Below, in pieces: positions 55,813 through 63,913 of a stretch of 64,000 nt of DNA (the stretch's first letter is position 1; each line of letters opens with the position of its first letter). The notes below the pieces were generated by a model. It worked only from the letters and a program-made list of their open reading frames with translations, was not told the DNA's origin and did no database searches. The DNA comes from Minisyncoccota bacterium. GTDB taxonomy: Bacteria; Patescibacteriota; Minisyncoccia; Phycocordibacterales; UBA2100. The stretch is from positions 4,975 through 68,974 of the forward strand of contig DATDXU010000005.1 in the NCBI GenBank assembly GCA_036517195.1. The letters run 5' to 3'. A program made the translations under genes and the position numbers.

Positions 55813-57237
55813 ATGGCACACGCAACTGGAGATGCAAAAAAGCATGTTCCTGTCCACATTAAGGCGGACACGTCGCACCTCACACCGAGAGACAAGTTGG
55901 CTTTAGGGGAGCTTGTTGAGGCGGTTCGTCTCATCAATCCGATATACCTATTGCAGACTAAACAGGACTCTACGGTAACGGGAGCACTGTTCGACAAATC
56001 GAAAGGTACTAATTTTTACCCGAAGGGGATGACCCACAAGAAATTTACAACATATCTTGATCGGCATCCCGATGAACGAGACGCGCTTCTAAGTCCGTTC
56101 ACTGTGGTGGAAAAGGTGGGGAAAGTTCTTCGTGCCACTCCCTATTCGGAATATTACAAATTGTTTTTAGAGCCCATCAGTGAGATGCTCGTGCGAACGG
56201 CGGGATTCAGCGACAATGAAACGTTCAAAAAATTTCTTGTAAGCAAGGCGCGGGCGTTTCAGACGAATCAATATCGCGAGAGCGATATTGATTGGGTACG
56301 CGTTGATGGGTCTCCGCTCGAGCTTACCATCGGTCCGTATGAAAGCTATGAAGACAAACTCTTTGGCGTTAAGCGCGACGTTGAAGGTGTGCTCGGGGTC
56401 GTGCTTCCGCAGGAGACCGAAAGGACGTTGGTGTACCAAAAAGAAATTTGCAATTTCGATGCCCATCTCGGAGAGAAATATGGGTATAAGGCAAAGACGG
56501 CACTTACGCCAATGGTCGTCATGGATGAAGTTATCGCCGGCGGGCATCCGTGGTATGGCTACGTTCCCATGGCGTACAACCTTCCGAACGACCCTGATAT
56601 TCACCAGGAAGTTGGTTCAAAGAAGGTATTCATACGGAACGTGATGCGGGCAAAAGCGAATCTTCTTACGAAGCCAATCGCGGAGCGGGTGGTTTCCAAG
56701 GACACTGCCTCGTTGATTAATCCGGCGATTCTTATGAGTTTCGTCATTGGACACGAAGTCTCTCACGGGCTAAGTTTTCGGCTCAATGGTAGTGAGTTTC
56801 TTGCTCTCGGTTCACCACTTGAGGAATGTAAGGCAGATGTGTTCGGTCTTTTGTTCCTATACTACCTCATGGGCAAGAGTATAATGCTTCGGAATGTCGT
56901 TGAGCGCGCTGTAATTTCCCATTTCGTTGATGGTTTGAGACAGATTCGATTTGGGGTTGACGAAGCGCATGCAGTTGGTGTGCTCATCCAGTACAGCTGG
57001 TTTGTGAAAGAGGGGGCCATGCGTTTTGGTGGGAATGGTTTAGAGTTTAATCCGTCAGCGTTTAAGGCCACACTTGAGCGCCTTGGTGGTGAACTATATA
57101 CCTTGTCGCAAACGCGCTCTCCAGAACTTGCGCATGAATTTGTAAAAGCGTGGGGTAAGGTGCCAGACAGGATTCGTATTCTCATCGAAGCGTTAGACGG
57201 AATTCCAGTCGACATTGATCCTGTGTTTGAAGTCTAA
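55813..57237 (+). CDS. peptidase M49-like (DPP III/NUDT3-type) zinc metallopeptidase
   Basis: NFYP, IGPYE.YED.LFG.K, A.NLPND, GSKKV, HEVSHG, EECKAD. Confidence 0.88.
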   Translation: MAHATGDAKKHVPVHIKADTSHLTPRDKLALGELVEAVRLINPIYLLQTKQDSTVTGALFDKSKGTNFYPKGMTHKKFTTYLDRHPDERDALLSPFTVVEKVGKVLRATPYSEYYKLFLEPISEMLVRTAGFSDNETFKKFLVSKARAFQTNQYRESDIDWVRVDGSPLELTIGPYESYEDKLFGVKRDVEGVLGVVLPQETERTLVYQKEICNFDAHLGEKYGYKAKTALTPMVVMDEVIAGGHPWYGYVPMAYNLPNDPDIHQEVGSKKVFIRNVMRAKANLLTKPIAERVVSKDTASLINPAILMSFVIGHEVSHGLSFRLNGSEFLALGSPLEECKADVFGLLFLYYLMGKSIMLRNVVERAVISHFVDGLRQIRFGVDEAHAVGVLIQYSWFVKEGAMRFGGNGLEFNPSAFKATLERLGGELYTLSQTRSPELAHEFVKAWGKVPDRIRILIEALDGIPVDIDPVFEV

Positions 57238-57247
57238 TTGTAGACGC

Positions 57248-57278
57248 GCGGCTCCGAGATCGGAGCCGCTTTCTTTTT
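57248..57278 (+). terminator. rho-independent terminator
   Basis: GCGGCTCCGA-GA-TCGGAGCCGC plus T-tract. Confidence 0.8.
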
Positions 57279-57294
57279 GGTATACTTGTGCGGT

Positions 57295-57957
57295 ATGACT
57301 CATCATCCGATGCCGACTCTGAACGACACGGTTATGGAAATTGAGCTCGTGCTCATAAGCGTTGTTGAAGGTCTTGCTCTCGCGGTGCTTGCTGAAAATT
57401 CCTTGCCACTCTTTCACGGGGGAGAGTGGCAGTACATTCCCTACGTGCTCGGTGGACTGCTGTTCATTTTCGTATTTTGGTCTCAAGCAATTATTCATCT
57501 GCTCTCATTTATTCGTTGGCCCCTGTCGATCACACACACCCTCTTTTACTTTTTAGCGGGGTTCATACAGGTCATCGCGTTTGGTTCTTTAACAAATCCG
57601 CTCATGTGGTTTTTCTGGTGCACCGTTTTTTCGGTTATCGTGGCGGGGCTGTATATGCTTGACCTCAAACTTTTACGACAAGTGAAATTAGAACTTTTGA
57701 GTTTGCCTGGGGGTGAGGAGTTGTTTAAGGACTCGGAAAGTCGACACAGATCAGACATGTTCTCTCTTGTGCCCGTGGCGATTCTTTTCAATGGTGTATG
57801 TTTTGTTTTGTTATGGACGATGCCCGCCGTGTTTCTTGAAGGTGGGTACCATGTTGTGCTCGGTGTTCTTCAGACACTATTTTCGGCATGGGCGCTGTAT
57901 GATTCTGCTCGCAATTTCCGCACGCGCAGTGTGCTTATTTCACGGTCGCGGGAGTAA
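57295..57957 (+). CDS. membrane protein (about 6 TMs)
   Basis: hydrophobic ORF; TG-G-TATACT 8 nt before ATG. Confidence 0.8.
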   Translation: MTHHPMPTLNDTVMEIELVLISVVEGLALAVLAENSLPLFHGGEWQYIPYVLGGLLFIFVFWSQAIIHLLSFIRWPLSITHTLFYFLAGFIQVIAFGSLTNPLMWFFWCTVFSVIVAGLYMLDLKLLRQVKLELLSLPGGEELFKDSESRHRSDMFSLVPVAILFNGVCFVLLWTMPAVFLEGGYHVVLGVLQTLFSAWALYDSARNFRTRSVLISRSRE

Positions 57958-58017
57958 GCTTTTATTTCTGGATTTGATTAAGGTCTTGTTTTGGCTTCGG
58001 ACCGAACCTTCTTTTTT

Positions 58018-58153
58018 GGTCACGGATAATTTAATCGCCGTCGCGATTAAATTTTCGCGACCCCGACTCGCCCGTCCCGCAAGCTTGCGGGACATGGCTC
58101 TGTCCGTCACAAAAGAGCAAAACGCCCCGCAGGGGGCGTCTTTGCATCTTTTG
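58018..58153 (-). repeat. structured trailer of tRNA-Glu related to the tRNA-Arg trailer
   Basis: shared GAGCC.TGTC.CGCAAGCTTGCGGGAC..GCGAG.CGG core. Confidence 0.7.
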
Positions 58154-58228
58154 TGACCTCGACGGGATTTGAACCCGTGTTCCCAGACTGAAAACCTGGT
58201 GTCCTAGACCAGACTAGACGACGAGGCC
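58154..58228 (-). tRNA. tRNA-Glu(TTC)
   Basis: GGCCTCG/CGAGGTC; CCAGG-TTTTCAG-TCTGG; ACGGG-TTCAAAT-CCCGT. Confidence 0.93.
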
Positions 58229-58339
58229 GTTTTCCTATTGCTTGAAACCAATAGGTACAGGAATAGTAAGCTTTTTTGATGAAATGCGCAAAAATGGTAC
58301 TGTTTTTATATTGTGGTATCAAAAAGTCGGAAATGGCGC

Positions 58340-58424
58340 GGAGGGGTCGCATAGTGGTCTAGTGCAGCGGTTTCGAAAACCGCCATGCCGAAAGGCATCG
58401 TGAGTTCAAATCTCACCCCCTCCG
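58340..58424 (+). tRNA. tRNA-Ser(CGA)
   Basis: GGAGGGG/CCCCTCC; GCGGT-TTCGAAA-ACCGC; long variable arm. Confidence 0.95.
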
Positions 58425-58536
58425 CCCTGAATCTGGACTCGTTTTTCCAAACATTGACCAAAACAGGTTACAGTGTTACTGTTGTTTCGGAGTTATCGGT
58501 CATGTCATGTGATTGATGTTCAGTAAGGAGGGCGTG

Positions 58537-58815
58537 ATGGCATACAAACAGTTTGGGATGCGTGAGTATCCGACATTCAACGCGCTTCTCAAAGGCGAGG
58601 AGATCAACTTCGAGGGCGTCAAGCTAAAAATGGACGGTGATGGGAAGGTTAGGCAAGGGGACCTCTACGTGGCCGAACGCAACACGGGACCTAAGTTGCT
58701 GACGGCTCGCGAAATTGTCATGTCCGAATGTGGGTGTTGCATCAGCTACATCATCCCAACCTCGAGCGATTATTGCTTCGACGGCACCGAGTGCGTGAAG
58801 GTGTGCGAGGCGTGA
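58537..58815 (+). CDS. hypothetical protein
   Basis: AAGGAGG SD; GDLYVAERNTGPKLLT; downstream hairpin. Confidence 0.7.
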   Translation: MAYKQFGMREYPTFNALLKGEEINFEGVKLKMDGDGKVRQGDLYVAERNTGPKLLTAREIVMSECGCCISYIIPTSSDYCFDGTECVKVCEA

Positions 58816-58938
58816 TGTGTTGTGAGTATGGGGCGTGTGCGGGAGGAATCTCGCCACGCTCCATTTTTTATGGAATGTACTTTTCTTGAAATGGCCATAC
58901 ACTATATATAGTTTTGAAAAGGTATGAAAATTACACCA

Positions 58939-58964
58939 TTCTAGCTTTTTGCAAAAAGCTAGAA
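58939..58964. promoter_or_regulatory. copy 3 of 26-bp palindrome
   Basis: exact match; upstream ~30 nt also resemble those of copy 1. Confidence 0.8.
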
Positions 58965-58981
58965 TGTAATAGTGTGAGTGC

Positions 58982-59275
58982 ATGTCACAGCACAGGAGAA
59001 TGGGTGCAATGAGAATGACCAAAAGTGATCTAGCGATGGTTACTGTGGCAGTCGTTTTTGGCGGATTTTTTCTTTTTTCAGTTACCACGGAGGCGACGTG
59101 TTCACGGATTGTGAATGTTACGACACCCGAAACATTCGGGGTCTACGGTATTCCTTTCTCGATGAGATATGGATACGAACTTGAATTGGAAGACGGAAGG
59201 CGGATTGCGAGAGACAGCAGGTCTATAGATAGGCCGGAAGGGGAGTATTGCGAACATCGCTTCGCCATCAAGTAA
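58982..59275 (+). CDS. small membrane-anchored hypothetical protein
   Basis: TM; Cys pair; start may be 59000 (AGGAG SD); hairpin GCCCCCGC/GCGGGGGC at ~59299-59318. Confidence 0.6.
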   Translation: MSQHRRMGAMRMTKSDLAMVTVAVVFGGFFLFSVTTEATCSRIVNVTTPETFGVYGIPFSMRYGYELELEDGRRIARDSRSIDRPEGEYCEHRFAIK

Positions 59276-59339
59276 TTACGTGGGACCAAAAGAAAATCGC
59301 CCCCGCTACGCGGGGGCAATTCTTTTTGCATCTTTGGGT

Positions 59340-59813
59340 TCACACTGTCCCACTTCCGATTGAGTGTGAGAGTGATGAACGAAAGAATTTTTGTCCTATC
59401 TTTCTCCTGGTCGGTTCATCAACGGATTGTCCGTAAAACAAAATCTTTTTTGGTTCGGCGTGCCTATCGCATGAAATGCTAATCATGAACGCCTCTGGGT
59501 CGTGTGGGTCTATCAGGCGCATTGTAACGGCGAGTGATTTGTTCCACTCATGTTGTGTGATTGTATCGGGCGAATAGGGTCGTTTGTAGGCAAGCACTCT
59601 CTTATCAAACTCTAAGAGACATGTGACCTTTCCGAGAGTGTACGTTACATTATTTGTGTCACACATGAACTCAAGATATGCGCCTGTTCTCGTGCCCCTG
59701 ACAATGTCAAAGAGTACTTTCGTTATACTCATGAACTCTTCGTAGGACACTTTCGTGAACCTTCTATCGCGACTGAAGCGGAAATCTCCTATCTCCAATG
59801 TAAGCTGTTCCAT
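59340..59813 (-). CDS. hypothetical protein
   Basis: GGGAGA SD; TTGACA-16-TATTAT promoter (59875-59848). Confidence 0.6.
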   Translation of the reverse strand: MEQLTLEIGDFRFSRDRRFTKVSYEEFMSITKVLFDIVRGTRTGAYLEFMCDTNNVTYTLGKVTCLLEFDKRVLAYKRPYSPDTITQHEWNKSLAVTMRLIDPHDPEAFMISISCDRHAEPKKILFYGQSVDEPTRRKIGQKFFRSSLSHSIGSGTV

Positions 59814-59943
59814 GACAGTTCTCCCGATTCCGTATTTCCCAATTACAATAATACAACTTTTTAACAATGTGTCAAATCGAAAACAGGGCGACCTGTTGTA
59901 CCATAATGAACAGAGAATTGTCGTATTTTTTGGAAACACGAAC

Positions 59944-60540
59944 ATGAAATGTCTGAGCGTGCGTCAGCCGTGGGCCGACCTCATCGTGTCTGGACGGCGA
60001 GGAGTAGAAATCAGAGGTCGAAATCTTTCTTATCGCGGGCCGTTGCTCATACATGCGAGCTTGCGTGTCGATGATGAAGAATGTAGGTGGCTATCTGTAT
60101 ATCCGTCTGAAGTCGGGGCGATTCTTGGCCAAGTAACCCTTTCTAGCGTGCGTTCAATATCAAAAAGGGAATGGGAACGTTTACGTCCAATTCACCTAGG
60201 GAGTGGTCCTCGTCCATACGGCGACAAAACATTCGGTTGGTTTTTGGAAAATCCAAAACGATTTTCAAAGCCGATTCCATACAAGGGCGCCCTCAATTTG
60301 TTCAATGTCAGAGACCAATTGCTTCCGAAGCGCACATATGCGATTCTTAAGCCGAATGGTGTGATTCAAAGCACGAAGGCGGGGACATTTGCAGGACACA
60401 GACCAGGAAAAATCTTTGGCCGATTGGACTGCAAAACAGGCATGCGCATGCTAAAAGGGAATCGGGTGTTCTTTCATTCGTATGCGGATGCTGTCGCGTG
60501 CGGATACCGTCCGTGTAAGTTGTGTAAACCACAACCCTAG
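59944..60540 (+). CDS. ASCH domain fused to Ada-like Zn-binding domain
   Basis: LSVRQPWA.LIV.G...VE.R.....RGPLLIHAS (ASCH); C-terminal K.FGRLDC......NRVFF....A...GYRPCK.C.P (Ada metal-binding). Confidence 0.82.
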   Translation: MKCLSVRQPWADLIVSGRRGVEIRGRNLSYRGPLLIHASLRVDDEECRWLSVYPSEVGAILGQVTLSSVRSISKREWERLRPIHLGSGPRPYGDKTFGWFLENPKRFSKPIPYKGALNLFNVRDQLLPKRTYAILKPNGVIQSTKAGTFAGHRPGKIFGRLDCKTGMRMLKGNRVFFHSYADAVACGYRPCKLCKPQP

Positions 60541-60573
60541 GAACACATGCGCTCCCCAAAAGGGGAGCGTTCT

Positions 60574-60719
60574 TCCACGCACCAGAGGACCAGGGGTTTA
60601 CTTACGGGGTTTACTTACGGACGAATGGGTCCTCGGTGCGGGATTTCGCACCACGGACAAGCTTTCGTATTTTGTCGTATGTCCAAATGGTATGAGCTTG
60701 TCCGTGGTGCTTCATTTTT
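60574..60719 (+). repeat. double-hairpin element, copy 3
   Basis: same skeleton as 5513-5646; directly follows hairpin CGCTCCCC/GGGGAGCG. Confidence 0.9.
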
Positions 60720-60759
60720 ACTGTGATAGAATCACACAATTATATAATCTAAAAAAGGT

Positions 60760-61218
60760 ATGAATACTACATGGATATGGTTAGGGGCTGTCGCCGTTTT
60801 AATTCTTGGTGGGGCGTGGTTTTTATTTATGGGGGATACTCCGAAATCAACGGACTTGGATGTTGCCGGAGTTTTGGGGGACACTGAAGGGGTGTCGGCA
60901 GAAGAGGTACTACCAAACACTGCGGCGGTTTCGTATGATGGTGTTTCTTTTACACCAGCAACTGTCACTATTAAAAAAGGGGGAACGGTAACATGGAATG
61001 GGACTTCCGCTATGTGGGTTGCGTCTGATGAACATCCGACACACGCGGTGTATGACGGAACAGCGCGCTCCGAACATTGTCCAAATACAACAAACGCAGC
61101 GTTTGACCAGTGCGCACGTGGCGCCTCATACAGCTTCACGTTTACTAAAGTCGGCGAATGGGATTATCACGACCATGCGAACGCGAGCGCTGGAGGTTTT
61201 GTTGTAGTGACCGAATGA
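60760..61218 (+). CDS. cupredoxin-fold membrane-anchored protein
   Basis: F.PATVTIKKG.TVTW, WVASD.HPTH..Y, YSFTF.K.G.W.YHDH. Confidence 0.8.
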   Translation: MNTTWIWLGAVAVLILGGAWFLFMGDTPKSTDLDVAGVLGDTEGVSAEEVLPNTAAVSYDGVSFTPATVTIKKGGTVTWNGTSAMWVASDEHPTHAVYDGTARSEHCPNTTNAAFDQCARGASYSFTFTKVGEWDYHDHANASAGGFVVVTE

Positions 61219-61589
61219 GTATGCGCGACCTCGAGCGTTTCGGTGTGCCACTGTTACGCGGGGGATTGGCGTTTTCTTTTCTCTATCCGCCCATCGCCGC
61301 CCTCATTGACCCCATGTCGTGGGTAGGATACTTACCGTATTTCGTTCGTGGGATAGCGCCGGACGAGGTGCTCCTTCATGCGTTCGGCGTTGTTGAAATT
61401 GTTCTCGCGCTTTGGCTCTTGTCTGGAGTTCGTGTCTACATTCCAGCATTTCTCATGGCCATCATTCTTATCGCGATTGTCTTTTTGAATCCAGGCAATT
61501 TTGCCGTTCTGTTTCGCGACCTCTCAATTGCTGCAATGGCTCTCGCTGTTTTTGTGCGGGACTTCAAAAAGAGCCAATCGGAATCTTAG
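61215..61589 (+). CDS. DoxX-like membrane protein
   Basis: LLR.GLAF.F, W..Y.P, G..EI.L...LL.G, FRD. Confidence 0.75.
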   Translation: MSMRDLERFGVPLLRGGLAFSFLYPPIAALIDPMSWVGYLPYFVRGIAPDEVLLHAFGVVEIVLALWLLSGVRVYIPAFLMAIILIAIVFLNPGNFAVLFRDLSIAAMALAVFVRDFKKSQSES

Positions 61590-62518
61590 TTGCTCCTTGT
61601 TTTGTGGATATGGTAGTAGATGTCTTCTAGTGCCTTAACACCGTCGCCGGACGCGATGTTATTTTGGTGGTAGAGCTCGTTGCTGGCGTCTCCCGCGCAC
61701 CATATTCCAGATTTTGATGTGCGTTGGTTTTTTGCATCTGTTACAATGCGCCCCCACTGGTCGAGTTCCACAAGATTTTTCACAAAGTCGGTATTTGGCA
61801 CCATACCAACTTCAACAAAGATACCCCCTGTTTGGATTTCTTGCGTGACGTTCGTTTTCACGTTTTTTACGACAACACTTGTTACAAACGCGTTGCCTTT
61901 TACCTCCATTGGTTCGGTATCTGTGAGCGTGCGCATGTTTTTATGTTGTAGTACTGCCTCCACGGTGGTAGCGTCTGCTTTTGTAAATTCGGACCCACGA
62001 TGAATGAGTGTTACTGATTTTGCGTAGGCAAGTAATTGGGCTGCTGTTTCAAAACCCGCATTTCCGCCACCGACCACAACAACATCTTGCCCCTCAAAGA
62101 GGGGGCCGTCGCACGAGGCGCAGTAGGTAACTCCCTTGTGTTCGAAGGTGTCTGCCCCCGGAATGTTTAGTTTTCGACGCTCGCCACCGCTTGCTATGAG
62201 CACTGTTTTTGTTTCATAGGTATCTTCTTTTGTTGCAACAGTAAATCCGCCCGTACTCTCTTTTACATTCACCACTCGTTTTCCGAGGTGGATAGTAACG
62301 AACACGCCGGCGTACGCACGCAGGTGTTTTTCTAAAGACCGGGCAAGTTCAGGGCCGCTTATTTTTGGAATCCCAATCCAGTTTTGAATTTCTGTGGAGG
62401 CAGTGCTTTGTCCGCCGACCGTTTCCGCTATGAACAAGGTTTTCAGACGTTTCCGCGCGGCATAGACGCCTGCGGAAACTCCCGCCGGTCCGCCTCCGAT
62501 GATTACTAAGTCGTACAT
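61586..62518 (-). CDS. trxB: thioredoxin reductase (TrxB/AhpF C-terminal-like)
   Basis: GGGPAG, YCASCDGP, GGGNAG, AGD. Confidence 0.88.
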   Translation of the reverse strand: MYDLVIIGGGPAGVSAGVYAARKRLKTLFIAETVGGQSTASTEIQNWIGIPKISGPELARSLEKHLRAYAGVFVTIHLGKRVVNVKESTGGFTVATKEDTYETKTVLIASGGERRKLNIPGADTFEHKGVTYCASCDGPLFEGQDVVVVGGGNAGFETAAQLLAYAKSVTLIHRGSEFTKADATTVEAVLQHKNMRTLTDTEPMEVKGNAFVTSVVVKNVKTNVTQEIQTGGIFVEVGMVPNTDFVKNLVELDQWGRIVTDAKNQRTSKSGIWCAGDASNELYHQNNIASGDGVKALEDIYYHIHKTRSN

Positions 62519-62598
62519 ACAAAGAAGTTTACAGTGTACAGTTTACAGTAAACAGCGCACTGCATAAAGCAGGCGAGATGGCGCTGTCAACTGTTTTC

Positions 62599-63786
62599 TC
62601 ACTTTCGTCTTAAAAATGAAGGGAGTCCTCCCCACACCTCATCATCCTCTTTTACGTCTGGTTTTCCGTTCACCGCACGGGAGGGTTCTTTCGGAGCCTT
62701 GTTTTTTTCCTCAAGTTTTTCTTCATACTTTTTGCCATTTTCTCGAACGCGCGCGATGTGTTCCGTCTCTTGTTCCTTTCGCGCCGCTAGACGCTGTGAT
62801 GTGGCGAAGAGGGTAGAGCGCATGCTGGTTTCTGGGAATCCCGTCGCGATAACCGTAATGCGCATCTCTCCCTTTTTCAAAGAATCGTCCGTTACTGCAC
62901 CAAATATAACTTTTGCTTCCGGGTCGATTGCTTCTGTAATGATGTTTGCCGCATCTTGTACCTCGAGCATACCGAGGTCTTCGCCACCGGCAATTGAGAA
63001 GAGAACACCTTTGGCGCCGTGAATAGATACTTCGAGCAGGGGTGAGCTGATAGCGGCTTTCGCGGCGATTTCGGCGCGCTTGTCTCCTGTTGCGACCCCT
63101 ATGCCCATGAGTGCGCTTCCTGCGTTTTGCATGACCGCGCGCACGTCCGCGAAGTCAACATTGATGATTCCGGTTGTTGTGATGAGGTCCGAAATGCCCT
63201 CAACGGCTTGTTTCAGAATGTCATCGCACATTGCGAAAGCGTTTCTGATGCCCGTTTCTCTCGAAACAATGGTAAGCAACTTGTCGTTTGGAATAATAAT
63301 GAGCGCATCTACCGCTTTGCGCAATTCGGCGAGTCCTTGTTCTGCGAGGCGCAGACGCTGTTGACCCTCAAAGCTGAATGGTTTGGTGACAACGCCCACG
63401 GTGAGTGCTCCTAAGTCGCGTGCGATTTTTGCAACAACGGGGGCCGCCCCTGTTCCTGTGCCACCGCCCATGCCACAGGTAACGAATACCATGTCGCTCC
63501 CTCGGAGCGCGTCCTGTATTTCTTCTCGAGTTTCTTCTGCCGCCTGTTTTCCGAGCTCAGGATTCATTCCCGTACCGAGCCCGCGCGTCAATGTTTTTCC
63601 GATGTGAATTTTCTTTTTTGCTTTTGATTTATGCAAATCTTGCGCGTCCGTATTGACCGCCATAAAATCCACTCCCTGCAAACTTGACGCGACCATGTGA
63701 TTGATTGCGTTTCCGCCCGAGCCACCAACGCCGACAACTCGTATGCGCGCGAACGATTCAACATCAGGTCGTATCTGTTTTGTCAT
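62599..63786 (-). CDS. ftsZ: cell division protein FtsZ
   Basis: GVGGSGGNA, NTDAQ, GMGGGTGTG, INVDFADV, C-terminal PSFLRRK. Confidence 0.98.
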   Translation of the reverse strand: MTKQIRPDVESFARIRVVGVGGSGGNAINHMVASSLQGVDFMAVNTDAQDLHKSKAKKKIHIGKTLTRGLGTGMNPELGKQAAEETREEIQDALRGSDMVFVTCGMGGGTGTGAAPVVAKIARDLGALTVGVVTKPFSFEGQQRLRLAEQGLAELRKAVDALIIIPNDKLLTIVSRETGIRNAFAMCDDILKQAVEGISDLITTTGIINVDFADVRAVMQNAGSALMGIGVATGDKRAEIAAKAAISSPLLEVSIHGAKGVLFSIAGGEDLGMLEVQDAANIITEAIDPEAKVIFGAVTDDSLKKGEMRITVIATGFPETSMRSTLFATSQRLAARKEQETEHIARVRENGKKYEEKLEEKNKAPKEPSRAVNGKPDVKEDDEVWGGLPSFLRRK

Positions 63787-63913
63787 AAGAATTAAGAGAG
63801 ATATAGCGAGCGTATAGCACTTTTCTGTGTGTGGCAATCTTGACTCCTCTTTAACAAAGTTGTACTGTCTTCCTAGGTATATAGTTGAAACTTCACTAAC
63901 AACAGCCGAGGAG

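Noticed and set aside
60593-60620. 13-bp tandem duplication GGGGTTTACTTAC
   Set aside because: Local slippage within the variable loop of the double-hairpin element; not a separate feature.
5513-60719. Repeat-spacer-like look of the double-hairpin elements and rnpB units as CRISPR
   Set aside because: No array of identical repeats with regular spacers and no cas genes.
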